Shown here piece after piece: positions 17,796-26,344 of a stretch of 64,000 bases of DNA; the stretch's first letter is position 1, and each line of letters starts with the position of its first letter. The notes under the pieces are model-generated. The model saw nothing but the letters and a program-made list of their open reading frames with translations, did no database searches and was not told the origin of the DNA. This stretch comes from an archaeon. Lineage in GTDB: Archaea > Thermoproteota > Nitrososphaeria > Nitrososphaerales > JACAEJ01. The stretch spans positions 17,191-81,190 of the forward strand of contig JACGUG010000001.1 in assembly GCA_024256285.1 (NCBI GenBank), given 5' to 3'. Both the position numbers and the translations under genes were made by a program.

Positions 17796-18921
17796 ATTCT
17801 ATGCAGTTCAATGAACCAAGAAATTGGGTATCCTGTGGCAATGAGACCTTTCTCTGCTCGAAGAGAATCCTGAGGTTTGAGAGCAACTCCTCCCTGAACT
17901 TCTGGGTCAAGTTGAAGCCATCGACGGGCAAGTCCAGTTCTCTGGCATGTTCAACTATAGGGTTACCCAGACCTGTCATATCTATGGCCAGGCTCTTAAA
18001 TCGAAACTTCTTATGTAGGTCGGCTATCTCGACCGTGAATTGAGTGTATGGAATATCTTTGACTCCTCTGAAATACAGGGTATAAAGGTGGTCTTTCAGA
18101 CGTTCAATAACTACAAGGGCTGCCAAAGACTCCTTCCCGCCTGGGTCGTAACCAGCAAAGTACTCTCCACCCAATCTTGATTCCTCTAAACATTCATCGA
18201 TACAAGGTCTCAAGAGGGTCATAGGAAAGTAAGACCTACTATCATCGACGAACTCAGCAAGATATTCAAGGCGGTATCTTTCTTCTCCTATCAACTGCCT
18301 CTGCTCATCCAAGAACTCCTCTTTTATCAAGGGATTTTTAGAGCTTGGAAAGTGGTAGACGCTCCAATCTTTAGAGTTAAAGCATCTGTAAGTTATGTGG
18401 TCTCTATCCCAAGGCGTAGTAAGCATCCATATCTTTCCCTTGGTAGTTGTGAGCATGGGAAAGATGGCGTTGGCGATGACTTCATCATAGATGAATGAGG
18501 CTTCGTCTATAACGGCAAAATGAACGGTCAATCCCCTTAAGGTCGATCCATAACGTCCAGAGGGTAGACAGACGATCCTTGAGTTATTTTTGAAGATTAT
18601 CTGAGTCCTCGTCATCCTTTTCACTGAGTTACGAAGGATCGACGAGTTTATGAAGCCCAGAACCTTGTTGAAGGTCTCCATGCTCTGCCTCAAAGTTGCA
18701 GATACTACGATGCTCGTCGTCTTAGGGTTGGTTACAGCGAAGCGAAGGAGTTTTATGGCTGAGCATGTAGATTTTCCGACTTGACGGCCACAGATGGCTA
18801 TGAGCCTATCAGATTCATCTTCAAGAATCCTATCTTGGTAGTCGAAGGGATAGAATTTGAGGATCAGTCTTGAGAAGAGTACAGGATCGTCTTTTAGTGC
18901 CTTTAGCTTCTCCTTCTCCAA
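17731..18921 (-). CDS. terL: terminase large subunit-like ATPase/nuclease
   Basis: Walker A CGRQVGKS, Walker B HFAVIDEASF, coupling motif MLTTP, RNase-H-like nuclease start YFAGYDPGGKESLAALVVIE. The C-terminus (..GGYHFSHRQECLRIL) lacks the usual final acidic nuclease motif. Confidence 0.8.
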   Translation of the reverse strand: MEKEKLKALKDDPVLFSRLILKFYPFDYQDRILEDESDRLIAICGRQVGKSTCSAIKLLRFAVTNPKTTSIVVSATLRQSMETFNKVLGFINSSILRNSVKRMTRTQIIFKNNSRIVCLPSGRYGSTLRGLTVHFAVIDEASFIYDEVIANAIFPMLTTTKGKIWMLTTPWDRDHITYRCFNSKDWSVYHFPSSKNPLIKEEFLDEQRQLIGEERYRLEYLAEFVDDSRSYFPMTLLRPCIDECLEESRLGGEYFAGYDPGGKESLAALVVIERLKDHLYTLYFRGVKDIPYTQFTVEIADLHKKFRFKSLAIDMTGLGNPIVEHARELDLPVDGFNLTQKFREELLSNLRILFEQRKVSLPQDTQFLGSLNCIEYERTRTGGYHFSHRQECLRIL

Positions 18922-19148
18922 ACCTTCTCCCTACCCTTTGCGAAGTACCAACCTATGACCAGACCGTAAGGCTCACCCATTATTGCAGCAACCATCATAA
19001 CCGCTTCTGTACCAGACAAAAGCATGGCTACTAGGAGCAATGCTATGTACCCTGCAGTAGATATCAGGGCTATGAGCCCCCTCCAGTCGCCCTCGATCCA
19101 CCTTACCTCATCCTTCTTGACGATGAGCTTACCTTCCTTCTCAGCCAT
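18903..19148 (-). CDS. small two-TM membrane protein
   Basis: 81 aa with two hydrophobic helices (LIALISTAGYIALLLVAMLL, AVMMVAAIMGEPYGLVIGWYF). Overlaps the TerL-like start by 19 nt. Confidence 0.5.
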   Translation of the reverse strand: MAEKEGKLIVKKDEVRWIEGDWRGLIALISTAGYIALLLVAMLLSGTEAVMMVAAIMGEPYGLVIGWYFAKGREKVWRRRS

Positions 19149-19154
19149 ATTCCT

Positions 19155-19550
19155 TCACACCCTTATACAGACTATCTTCAACCCTCCGTCTTTCAAAGGC
19201 TCGAACTTCTGTACTCTACCGAGCTTGATTCTTTTCGATCTTAGACTCTTGATAGTTTTCTGGGCCGTCTTCTCGTCTATCATCTTTATCCTCATAGCAA
19301 TCCCTAAAGGAACGGATGTTATATCGTGGGCGTCTTCATCCGTGATTTCGTTGCTTATGATCAGATGAGGCTCACGGTAGCGATGGTCCTTGAATATTCC
19401 TACAAACCGACCTACAGACTTCTTATAGGTTGCGAAGGTCTTGTTATTGAAGGATCTTACATTCTGTGTTACGCAGGCATCTATCCATAAGACTTCTATC
19501 AGGCAACCCTTCTTCAACTTGGGCAGCACATCTTGCACTATCTTCCTCAT
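19155..19550 (-). CDS. hypothetical protein (virus-like module)
   Basis: 131-aa ORF tightly packed with its neighbours. No family recognised. Confidence 0.5.
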   Translation of the reverse strand: MRKIVQDVLPKLKKGCLIEVLWIDACVTQNVRSFNNKTFATYKKSVGRFVGIFKDHRYREPHLIISNEITDEDAHDITSVPLGIAMRIKMIDEKTAQKTIKSLRSKRIKLGRVQKFEPLKDGGLKIVCIRV

Positions 19551-19831
19551 CCATCAGTAACCTCCAAGATCTTGAATAGTTTCTTCGCCTGCTTCTCAGG
19601 TAAGTCCAACTCAGAAAGTAGCTCAGACAGGCTCTTACGATCCGCAGTCTCTATCCCTACCTCCCTCAGTACTTTAAGGAGGGCGCCATACAGAGAGGCT
19701 AGGACTCTGGCATAATTTATGAGCTTCTTCTCGCTTCTGGTCTTTCTAGCCTTTTCATTTATCTTATCGATAAGAGCCGATATCTCACGGATGATGTCTA
19801 TCGCGTTCTTGTCGATTTCATCATGGCCCAA
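19547..19831 (-). CDS. hypothetical helical protein (position compatible with small terminase / DNA-binding)
   Basis: 94-aa all-helical ORF, first gene of the module. Has a 4-nt overlap with the next ORF. Confidence 0.45.
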   Translation of the reverse strand: MGHDEIDKNAIDIIREISALIDKINEKARKTRSEKKLINYARVLASLYGALLKVLREVGIETADRKSLSELLSELDLPEKQAKKLFKILEVTDG

Positions 19832-19941
19832 TTTCCTTCTTTAGTAAGAGTAGGGTGTTATGATTTAAGGAGTGTCGGCGGTGAGGCGGTGCACCTATGC
19901 CACTATGTAACTATGCATCCTACCCAGAGATACTACTGATT

Positions 19942-20241
19942 TTAAGCCATCTTCAACATCGACTTGAGCAGGTCCCTATACTCGATCTTTTCTAGAGAAC
20001 TGCTAGGAGCAGGTATCTCGTATATCAGAGGGACGGCCTGTTTTGTCCTTATATCTGTAAGTTTACTGCGAATAGGTCTTCCTGCATCATCGCTAACCAA
20101 GATCAAGCCTACCTCTTTGTCCTGCATCATCTTCATGATCTCCTTTAAGGCTTCTTCAGAGGTTTTGACCTCTATCCCAGCCACGCCAGCCAGCCTGAAA
20201 CCTGTTACAAAGCTCCTCTTGCCTACTGCTAATACACGCAT
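19942..20241 (-). CDS. atpF: A/V-type ATP synthase subunit F
   Basis: MRVLAVGKRSFVTGFRLAGV...GLILVSDD...PLIYEIPAP matches subunit F. Confidence 0.85.
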   Translation of the reverse strand: MRVLAVGKRSFVTGFRLAGVAGIEVKTSEEALKEIMKMMQDKEVGLILVSDDAGRPIRSKLTDIRTKQAVPLIYEIPAPSSSLEKIEYRDLLKSMLKMA

Positions 20242-20347
20242 TTTTGCCCATCGATTGGCTTACATGAATGATAATTTATAAGCCTTCTTCCAAAATCTGT
20301 GGAATAGGTTTAGGGGGATGAAGATTATTTGTTCGATGAACTGTCGA

Positions 20348-20704
20348 CTATTCGCCGAGTAAGGTCTTTAAAACCATCTCTACCGCTTTATCGTAGACGC
20401 CTTTTATCTTAGCCTTTAGCTCTTCGATCTCTTCATTGCCTTTGGCCAAGATCTTTTCTGCCTCCTTCTCAGCCTCAGCCTTTATATTGGCCAGATCCTC
20501 TTCTGTCTTCTTTTTAGCCTCTTCCAGAACTTCACTTCTCGACTTTCCAGCCTCCTTTTGCGCCAAGGATGAGAGTTCATTTTTCGTCTCCTTGATCTTT
20601 GCCTTCGTCTCATCCAGCTCGTTCTCCATTTCGTACAATGGTACCATCATATCTTCAATTTTAGGACTTGTCTGTTCGCTCAAAACCACCACTGAGTCCA
20701 GCAT
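20348..20704 (-). CDS. atpH: A/V-type ATP synthase subunit H (peripheral stalk, coiled coil)
   Basis: E/K/A-rich coiled coil ending ...KGNEEIEELKAKIKGVYDKAVEMVLKTLLGE, as in archaeal AtpH. Confidence 0.65.
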   Translation of the reverse strand: MLDSVVVLSEQTSPKIEDMMVPLYEMENELDETKAKIKETKNELSSLAQKEAGKSRSEVLEEAKKKTEEDLANIKAEAEKEAEKILAKGNEEIEELKAKIKGVYDKAVEMVLKTLLGE

Positions 20705-20733
20705 AATGGGTTATTAAATTTTCTCAATCTTGG

Positions 20734-20755
20734 TTCTGTTAAGTTAAGGGACATA
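20734..20755. repeat. left terminal inverted repeat
   Basis: Exact 22-nt match to the reverse complement of 21154-21175. Confidence 0.9.
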
Positions 20756-21153
20756 GATTAAGTCGCTTCAGGATTTCATCAACAGTCTTTAAAATGATCT
20801 CAACTCAAAGGAAATAATCATACTCTATCCTCAAGACCTTGAACAAAGGAGAGAATTACTTAACACAACTATCTTTAAAGTAAGCCAAGTTCTTGGCATA
20901 TAGACTTTGCTTCAATGTATCCTGGATGGCATGATATTTGATATGAAAGTAGAAAATCGCTTCCAAATCTTACCTCTGATGCTTGACTTTCTTATGATAA
21001 TGATCCAAAAGGTTCTTTTTCCCTTCAAGATAAGCCCTCATAGAATTTTCGACCCATCTATGTTCAATTTCTTCTATCGATTTTCTTATCTTTGTTTTAA
21101 CCATATCCCGTATTTGTGTAAGGGGGATATATAGAAATTTAGTTACTACGTGG

Positions 21154-21175
21154 TATGTCCCTTAACTTAACAGAA
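21154..21175. repeat. right terminal inverted repeat
   Basis: Exact 22-nt match to the reverse complement of 20734-20755. Confidence 0.9.
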
Positions 21176-21229
21176 ACTAAATAGTATATATTTAATAACT
21201 TATCAATTGAATTAGGTACGGTAGGGGCT

Positions 21230-21544
21230 ATGCCAGGAAAGAGAATAAAACTGTTCAAGCCAGAGTTAGCCATCCTCTACTCCCTCTTCTATCGAGGAGG
21301 AAGGGCGAAGATGTCCCGCTTGATGGCAGACACCAACATGTGCACTGCCATGTTCTACAACTATGCCGACCTACTTGTTGAAAAGGGGCTGATCGAGAAG
21401 GGAGAACTGAAGACCGCCAAACCCACCGATGATGAACTTCTGTTCGCCGAATACAGGTTGACCCCAAAGGGCAAGAGAAAGATCAAGAGGATGATAAAGA
21501 GGCACACGCCAGAACTGGTTTATGCCATTATGAGTCAAGAATGA
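21230..21544 (+). CDS. winged-helix DNA-binding protein
   Basis: 104 aa. AILYSLFYRGGRAKMSRLMADTNMCTAMFYNYADLLVEKGLIEKG has wHTH-like spacing; basic C-terminus. Confidence 0.55.
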   Translation: MPGKRIKLFKPELAILYSLFYRGGRAKMSRLMADTNMCTAMFYNYADLLVEKGLIEKGELKTAKPTDDELLFAEYRLTPKGKRKIKRMIKRHTPELVYAIMSQE

Positions 21545-21683
21545 CAGAGAGAACAATCCTTCTTAAACTTCTCCAAGACGTACATGAGTTATAGAATGGA
21601 ACCGATTCACTTTACTGATCCCAGTATGAAAATTTTTAAACTAAACTTAATTAGCTCCTTAACCTAATGTATAGTGAGGAAGA

Positions 21684-22208
21684 ATGCGCGGAAGAAATTA
21701 CAGAGAGATAAAAGGGCATGCTTATGTAAGGAGGGAGTTCATACCGAGCATCCCACGGAATAAGATAGCCAAATTCAATATAGGCACCCCTAGTCAAGAC
21801 TATGATTTTAAACTCGAGCTAAGAGCGAAAGAAAGGGCTCAGATAAGGCATAATGCTCTTGAAGCTGCAAGAGTAGCTGCAAACAAGAAGTTATCAGATA
21901 TAGATGCCACCAACTACCACCTTCTAGTCAAGGTCTATCCTCATGTCGTGTTAAGAGAGAATAAGATGTTAGCCATGGCAGGCGCAGATAGGCTTCAAGA
22001 GGGCATGAGGAAGGCTTTTGGGAAGCCAGTAGGTTTGGCTGCAAGGGTGGAGATCGATGGTATTATCTTAGAAGTGAGCTCAAAGATGGAGAACTTAAAG
22101 GAGGCGAAAGAGGCTCTTAAAGTAGCAGCAAGTAAACTACCCATCCCAACTTATGTAAAAAAGGTTCTTTTAAAACAAACAAAGGTAGAGGGGCAAACAT
22201 CTGGTTAG
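21684..22208 (+). CDS. rpl10e: 50S ribosomal protein L10e (uL16)
   Basis: MRGRNYREIKGHAYVRREFIPSIP...IRHNALEAARVAANK. Confidence 0.95.
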   Translation: MRGRNYREIKGHAYVRREFIPSIPRNKIAKFNIGTPSQDYDFKLELRAKERAQIRHNALEAARVAANKKLSDIDATNYHLLVKVYPHVVLRENKMLAMAGADRLQEGMRKAFGKPVGLAARVEIDGIILEVSSKMENLKEAKEALKVAASKLPIPTYVKKVLLKQTKVEGQTSG

Positions 22209-22272
22209 GCGTCCTTTATTAATTAAATTCCTTTAAATGAATAAGTAAGTTTGTGGGCACTATAAGTTTTAA

Positions 22273-23283
22273 GTGGTCTGCATGATCTGGATAGATGAAG
22301 ATAAGATCATCTCGGAGATTGAAAAAAGGGGGCCCAAGATCGTTGTATTCAATGCACCCAACGGTCTTCTGATAAAGACGGAAGAACTGGCATCAAAGAT
22401 TCAAAGATCATTCGGTGTGCAAACTATAACGATCGCTGATCCATGCTATGGTATATGTGATACTGTTGATGAGGAAACCGAGAAGTTAGGAGCAGATATA
22501 GCATTCCACATAGGTCACAATGTTGCTGTAGAAAAGATTGGCAAAAAGACGATATTGATAGATGTGGTAGATGATGTAAATTTTGATGAAGTCTTAAAAG
22601 CTTCCCTAATGACTTTTAAGGGCTACAAGAAGGTTGGGTTGTGTACAATCAGTCAACATATTCATCAGATCGAAAAAGCCAGATCCTTCTTACAGAAAAA
22701 CTGCATCGAAGTAATCATAGGTAAAGGAAGGGGGTTTATGAAGGATGGACAGGTCTTAGGGTGTGATTTCTCTACAGCTTTTGATGTTAGAGAAAATGTT
22801 AATGTCTTTGCCTTCCTTGGTCAGAGCTTATTTCATGCAACAGGAATAGCCTTGGCTACAGGCAAGCCCACATTTATGCTAGATCCGTATTATAAAGAGG
22901 TTGTAGATGTTACGCCATCAGCTTTACAGATGTTAAAGAGAGCTATACTTTCCATCTACAAAGCCCTAGATGCCAACAATATCGGAATCATAATAGGGTT
23001 AAAAGAGGGGCAGACAAGGTTAGAGAGGGCTCGGAAGATCAGGGACGAACTTAAAAGGCATGGGAAGAAAGTTTCTCTTATAGCGTTACATGAAGTCACT
23101 AATGAAAGGTTGACTCAACTACAGAATATGGACGCATTCATACAAACTGCCTGCCCTAGAATATCCATAGGTGGAGAAAACTTCAATAAGCCTGTTCTGG
23201 CAATACCTCAAGCAGAAGCCCTTATCGATATATTAGATGGGAAGGGGTGTGAAAAGATCTTCCAAAGGAGCAGATGGGTTTAA
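22273..23283 (+). CDS. dph2: 2-(3-amino-3-carboxypropyl)histidine synthase Dph2 (diphthamide synthesis)
   Basis: Length and motifs (...ITIADPCYGICD..., ...FIQTACPRI...) fit archaeal Dph2. Confidence 0.85.
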   Translation: MVCMIWIDEDKIISEIEKRGPKIVVFNAPNGLLIKTEELASKIQRSFGVQTITIADPCYGICDTVDEETEKLGADIAFHIGHNVAVEKIGKKTILIDVVDDVNFDEVLKASLMTFKGYKKVGLCTISQHIHQIEKARSFLQKNCIEVIIGKGRGFMKDGQVLGCDFSTAFDVRENVNVFAFLGQSLFHATGIALATGKPTFMLDPYYKEVVDVTPSALQMLKRAILSIYKALDANNIGIIIGLKEGQTRLERARKIRDELKRHGKKVSLIALHEVTNERLTQLQNMDAFIQTACPRISIGGENFNKPVLAIPQAEALIDILDGKGCEKIFQRSRWV

Positions 23284-23318
23284 AGATTACTTTATAAGCA
23301 GATATTAAGATATACTCT

Positions 23319-23912
23319 ATGATTTTGACAGCTAATCAATCAAATATAGGAAAAATGAAGAAAACAATCCCAGGAGATAGACTCGCTGTGATAGAGGAGT
23401 TTAACGCTAGCGAAGGGGCTTATATAGATAAGGATACGATTAGGGCGTCGAGACTGGGTATAGCGGATTATGATATTAGGAGAAGAGAAATTAAGATAGA
23501 ACCATCACGGAAGGTAAAAAATGTGCCAATGGTTGGGGACAATGTTATAGGACAAGTAGAGGCGGTGCAAGGCAATATAGCTAACATAAGAATTTATTAT
23601 ATCAATGATAGGAGAAGTTCTAGCGGATTTACGGGGATGCTTGTTTTAAGGTCTGGGCGATCGCCTAGAAAAAGTGGAAGAAAAACAACAATATTAAAGT
23701 TTGGTGATATCGTCAAAGCGAAGGTTACAAGTTATAAAAATTCTATTATCCATTTGTCTATAACTGCCAATGAGAGTGGTGTGATATATGCTACATGTAG
23801 CTCATGTGGGGGGAGTACTGAAAGGTTAGATCAAAAAATAAAATGCATGAATTGTGGGTTGATTGAAGAGAGGAAGTTTGCGTCTGACTTCGGTGAAGTT
23901 TACCTAAAGTAA
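23319..23912 (+). CDS. csl4: exosome complex RNA-binding subunit Csl4
   Basis: PGDRLAVIEEF N-terminal domain, S1-like centre, C-terminal Zn-ribbon CSSCGG...CMNCG. The likely real start is ATG 23355 (MKKTIPGD). Confidence 0.85.
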   Translation: MILTANQSNIGKMKKTIPGDRLAVIEEFNASEGAYIDKDTIRASRLGIADYDIRRREIKIEPSRKVKNVPMVGDNVIGQVEAVQGNIANIRIYYINDRRSSSGFTGMLVLRSGRSPRKSGRKTTILKFGDIVKAKVTSYKNSIIHLSITANESGVIYATCSSCGGSTERLDQKIKCMNCGLIEERKFASDFGEVYLK

Positions 23913-24011
23913 TGAGTTATAGATCGAATTCGATTTTCTTGAGGAAATGTAATCACTTCTCTCTTAAAAGGAAAATTCTTATTAACCTGCTTCGATCATG
24001 ATGACTAACCA

Positions 24012-24302
24012 ATGGAGCTCAAAGTACTTTCCAATGCTAACAAGACTTTACTTATGTATATAGAGGATGAGGACACATCTATACCTGAGGTAATCCATCA
24101 CGAACTCCTAGAAGATGAGCATATAGTATTTGCCGGTGTTATAAAACAACATCCATTGCTAAATAGACTTACTATGAGAATTCAAACAAAGAATATCGAA
24201 CCTGTAGATGTCTTGGTTTCCAGCAGTTTAAAAGCAGTAGAAAGATCGGCTGAAATGCTCTCAGAAGTAAAAAGGAGTTTTGGTGATATAAAAAGAGGAT
24301 GA
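24012..24302 (+). CDS. rpoL: DNA-directed RNA polymerase subunit L (Rpo11)
   Basis: MELKVLSNANKTLLMYIEDEDTSIPEVIHHELLED...FAGVIKQHPLL. Confidence 0.85.
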   Translation: MELKVLSNANKTLLMYIEDEDTSIPEVIHHELLEDEHIVFAGVIKQHPLLNRLTMRIQTKNIEPVDVLVSSSLKAVERSAEMLSEVKRSFGDIKRG

Positions 24303-24310
24303 TGTAAAAG

Positions 24311-24649
24311 ATGCAGTTCTGTGAAAAATGTGGTACAAAGCTTAAGTTTAAACAGATTAAGATTGGTGGTACCTTATTCCCCGGTTTAGCCTGCGATAAA
24401 TGTGGTTTTTACACAAGAATAGAAAAGGTTACGGCTAAACCAGAGGAAAGCGCATCAAGAACCCACATAAAAGTGCTTGGAGATGAAGCGGATGAAATTA
24501 AGACATTACCTACCACAACTATAGAATGCCCTAAATGTGGCAATATGACTGCATATTGGTGGTTCCTTCAAACCAGAAGTGGTGATGAGCCGCCCACTCA
24601 ATTCTACAGATGCACAAAATGTAACTACACTTGGAGATTATACGCCTAA
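24311..24649 (+). CDS. tfs: transcription factor S (TFS / RpoM family)
   Basis: N-terminal Zn-ribbon CEKCG...CDKCG and a C-terminal ribbon with CPKCG...QTRSGDEPPTQFYRCTKC, including the acidic DE hairpin. Confidence 0.85.
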   Translation: MQFCEKCGTKLKFKQIKIGGTLFPGLACDKCGFYTRIEKVTAKPEESASRTHIKVLGDEADEIKTLPTTTIECPKCGNMTAYWWFLQTRSGDEPPTQFYRCTKCNYTWRLYA

Positions 24650-24744
24650 CTTTAAAGATTTTCATACCGGGGATCAGAGATAAAGTGAAGATGGAATTTA
24701 ACTCATGTATATCTTGGAGAATTCATAGCCTTTTCTAAAATCTC

Positions 24745-25797
24745 CTATCTCATCTCCAAGACGGTTACAGCCCTTGTCAGCCTACTGTGAACGTAGACTT
24801 CATGGTCTTCCTTTACATCGAAGGCTTCTGGCGAATCCAGTTCGATGGTCTTGGGGTGGACGATGACGCAGTACCTTCCCCTGGGCACTACGTCTCCTGC
24901 CTGAGAGACGAACTCTTGCAGTAGGTCTTTAGTCTTCAAGCCCCTCGATGATGAACACCTTCCATAGGGGATGTCCGTTACCATGGCGTCTGCATGCCTT
25001 ATAGGGAGTCTTAGGGAGTCCGAATTTATCACCCCGAGGGCTTCGAGGCCATAGTGCCTCAGGTTGTCCATGGCTCCTCGGCACATCTTCATGGATACAT
25101 CTATCCCCACAGTCTTGGCTCCTATGAGGGAGGCTTCTATAAGGATGCTCCCTGTGCCGCAGAAGGGGTCGAGAAGAACCTCTCCTTCTCTAACACGAGA
25201 TAGGTTGACCAGCCCCCTTGCAAACTTGGGGTAGAGGACAGAAGGATGGAAGAAGGGTCTTGTCCTCGGTCTCCTTGACCTCCAGCCCTTCTTACTCATG
25301 TAGTCTGTAACTCCTATTAGGAGATGGTTATCGGAGATTATGCCTATCACGATCTTTTTAGGGTCTTTCAGGGAAACTCTGGCGTCGGGGATCCTCCTCT
25401 TCACAGCAGAGCCTATTATGACTTCTACCTTCTCCGATAAGGGCTTATGAGATAGATTGAAGACGGAGGCAGAGAAGATCACAGAACTCTCCATGAAATC
25501 TTCAAAGGCTATAGAGTTTATGGACCTCTCCATATCCTCCATCTTACAATGAGTTAGGAGGAGGCCTCCAGTATTGATGTAGGCACCCCTCTTCAAGATG
25601 GTATCTGGGCTGAATTTTCCGTCTACAACGAAGACACGATCATGAATCTTCTCGAATCTTGCCTTACGATCGTAGATTTCTACAAGGGCCCTTAACTCGG
25701 CTTGAAGGAGGGTGCTCTTCTCCCCTGAGAGGAGGAAGAACTTTTTCCTAGATTCTGGTATCGGAGTCTCCATTAAGATGAAGATGATAGAACTCAC
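24745..25797 (-). CDS. tRNA (guanine(10)-N2)-methyltransferase, THUMP + class I MTase (Trm-G10/Trm11 family)
   Basis: SAM motif DPFCGTGSILIEA and catalytic DIPYG, with an N-terminal THUMP-like half. Confidence 0.8.
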   Translation of the reverse strand: MSSIIFILMETPIPESRKKFFLLSGEKSTLLQAELRALVEIYDRKARFEKIHDRVFVVDGKFSPDTILKRGAYINTGGLLLTHCKMEDMERSINSIAFEDFMESSVIFSASVFNLSHKPLSEKVEVIIGSAVKRRIPDARVSLKDPKKIVIGIISDNHLLIGVTDYMSKKGWRSRRPRTRPFFHPSVLYPKFARGLVNLSRVREGEVLLDPFCGTGSILIEASLIGAKTVGIDVSMKMCRGAMDNLRHYGLEALGVINSDSLRLPIRHADAMVTDIPYGRCSSSRGLKTKDLLQEFVSQAGDVVPRGRYCVIVHPKTIELDSPEAFDVKEDHEVYVHSRLTRAVTVLEMR

Positions 25798-25820
25798 ATA
25801 AAAGAAGTTTTAAGGAGAAA

Positions 25821-26129
25821 CTATTCACCTAAGTGCATCAATATGGCATCACGTATCTCTGGCGCTCTTCTGTTTAAGATACCTATTATCTCACCTAAAT
25901 AGTCATCTTCAGACATTGCGGGTTCTAATACACTTTTAGCTCCTGCCATTATACCGCCTATATTAGCTAACACGTACATCAACATCACATCACGTCTTGA
26001 TTTCTTGTCTATCAGGCCTTTGTCTATATAGGAATTGGCAATTCTCTCAATCTTGGCAAGAGTTTCCATTCGTATTAGACTGTCTATATTCTGTTCAAGT
26101 ATACCTCGAGTAGTAAGCTTGAGAGACAT
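25821..26129 (-). CDS. hypothetical protein
   Basis: 102-aa ORF. No family recognised. Confidence 0.4.
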   Translation of the reverse strand: MSLKLTTRGILEQNIDSLIRMETLAKIERIANSYIDKGLIDKKSRRDVMLMYVLANIGGIMAGAKSVLEPAMSEDDYLGEIIGILNRRAPEIRDAILMHLGE

Positions 26130-26295
26130 AAGAAGTTATTTTGTGAGCTACGCTAAAAACTTGTTGTGATAATTATAGGTTGAACCTTTCCCGATTAGCC
26201 AAAAGTCGAGTAGCTTATAAGATAAAAGGAACATTATACAACCTATGGGAGAAAAAATATTCTAAGTGGCAAAACATCAAAGATAGATTTAGCTC

Positions 26296-26331
26296 TAATA
26301 AAAAGAGGGGAAGACTGACAGAGCATCAGTC
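26296..26331 (-). terminator. hairpin plus T-tract downstream of the mtrH-like gene
   Basis: On the minus strand, GACTGAtgctctgTCAGTC is followed by TTCCCCTCTTTTTATT. It lies 14 nt after the stop. Confidence 0.35.
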
Positions 26332-26344
26332 AACTCTTCAACCT

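Larger units (their letters stand above)
13704..19941 (-). mobile_element. head-tail-virus-like gene module, incomplete (remnant provirus or domesticated tail/adhesin module)
   Basis: Ten co-oriented, abutting or overlapping ORFs. They include a TerL-like ATPase/nuclease, a tape-measure-like protein, lectin domains, a hub and a spike OB domain. No portal, capsid, protease or integrase was seen, and several frames are disrupted. Confidence 0.55.
20734..21175. mobile_element. MITE-like or invertible 442-bp segment bounded by perfect 22-bp inverted repeats
   Basis: ttctgttaagttaagggacata (20734-20755) is the exact reverse complement of tatgtcccttaacttaacagaa (21154-21175). The interior is AT-rich with only small ORFs. 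Confidence 0.5.

Noticed and set aside
20907-21134. Track ORF of 75 aa on the plus strand inside the inverted-repeat element.
   Set aside because: The composition is Phe/Ile/Met-rich and looks like translated AT-rich non-coding DNA. No motif, and the opposite strand has an equally long interrupted frame.
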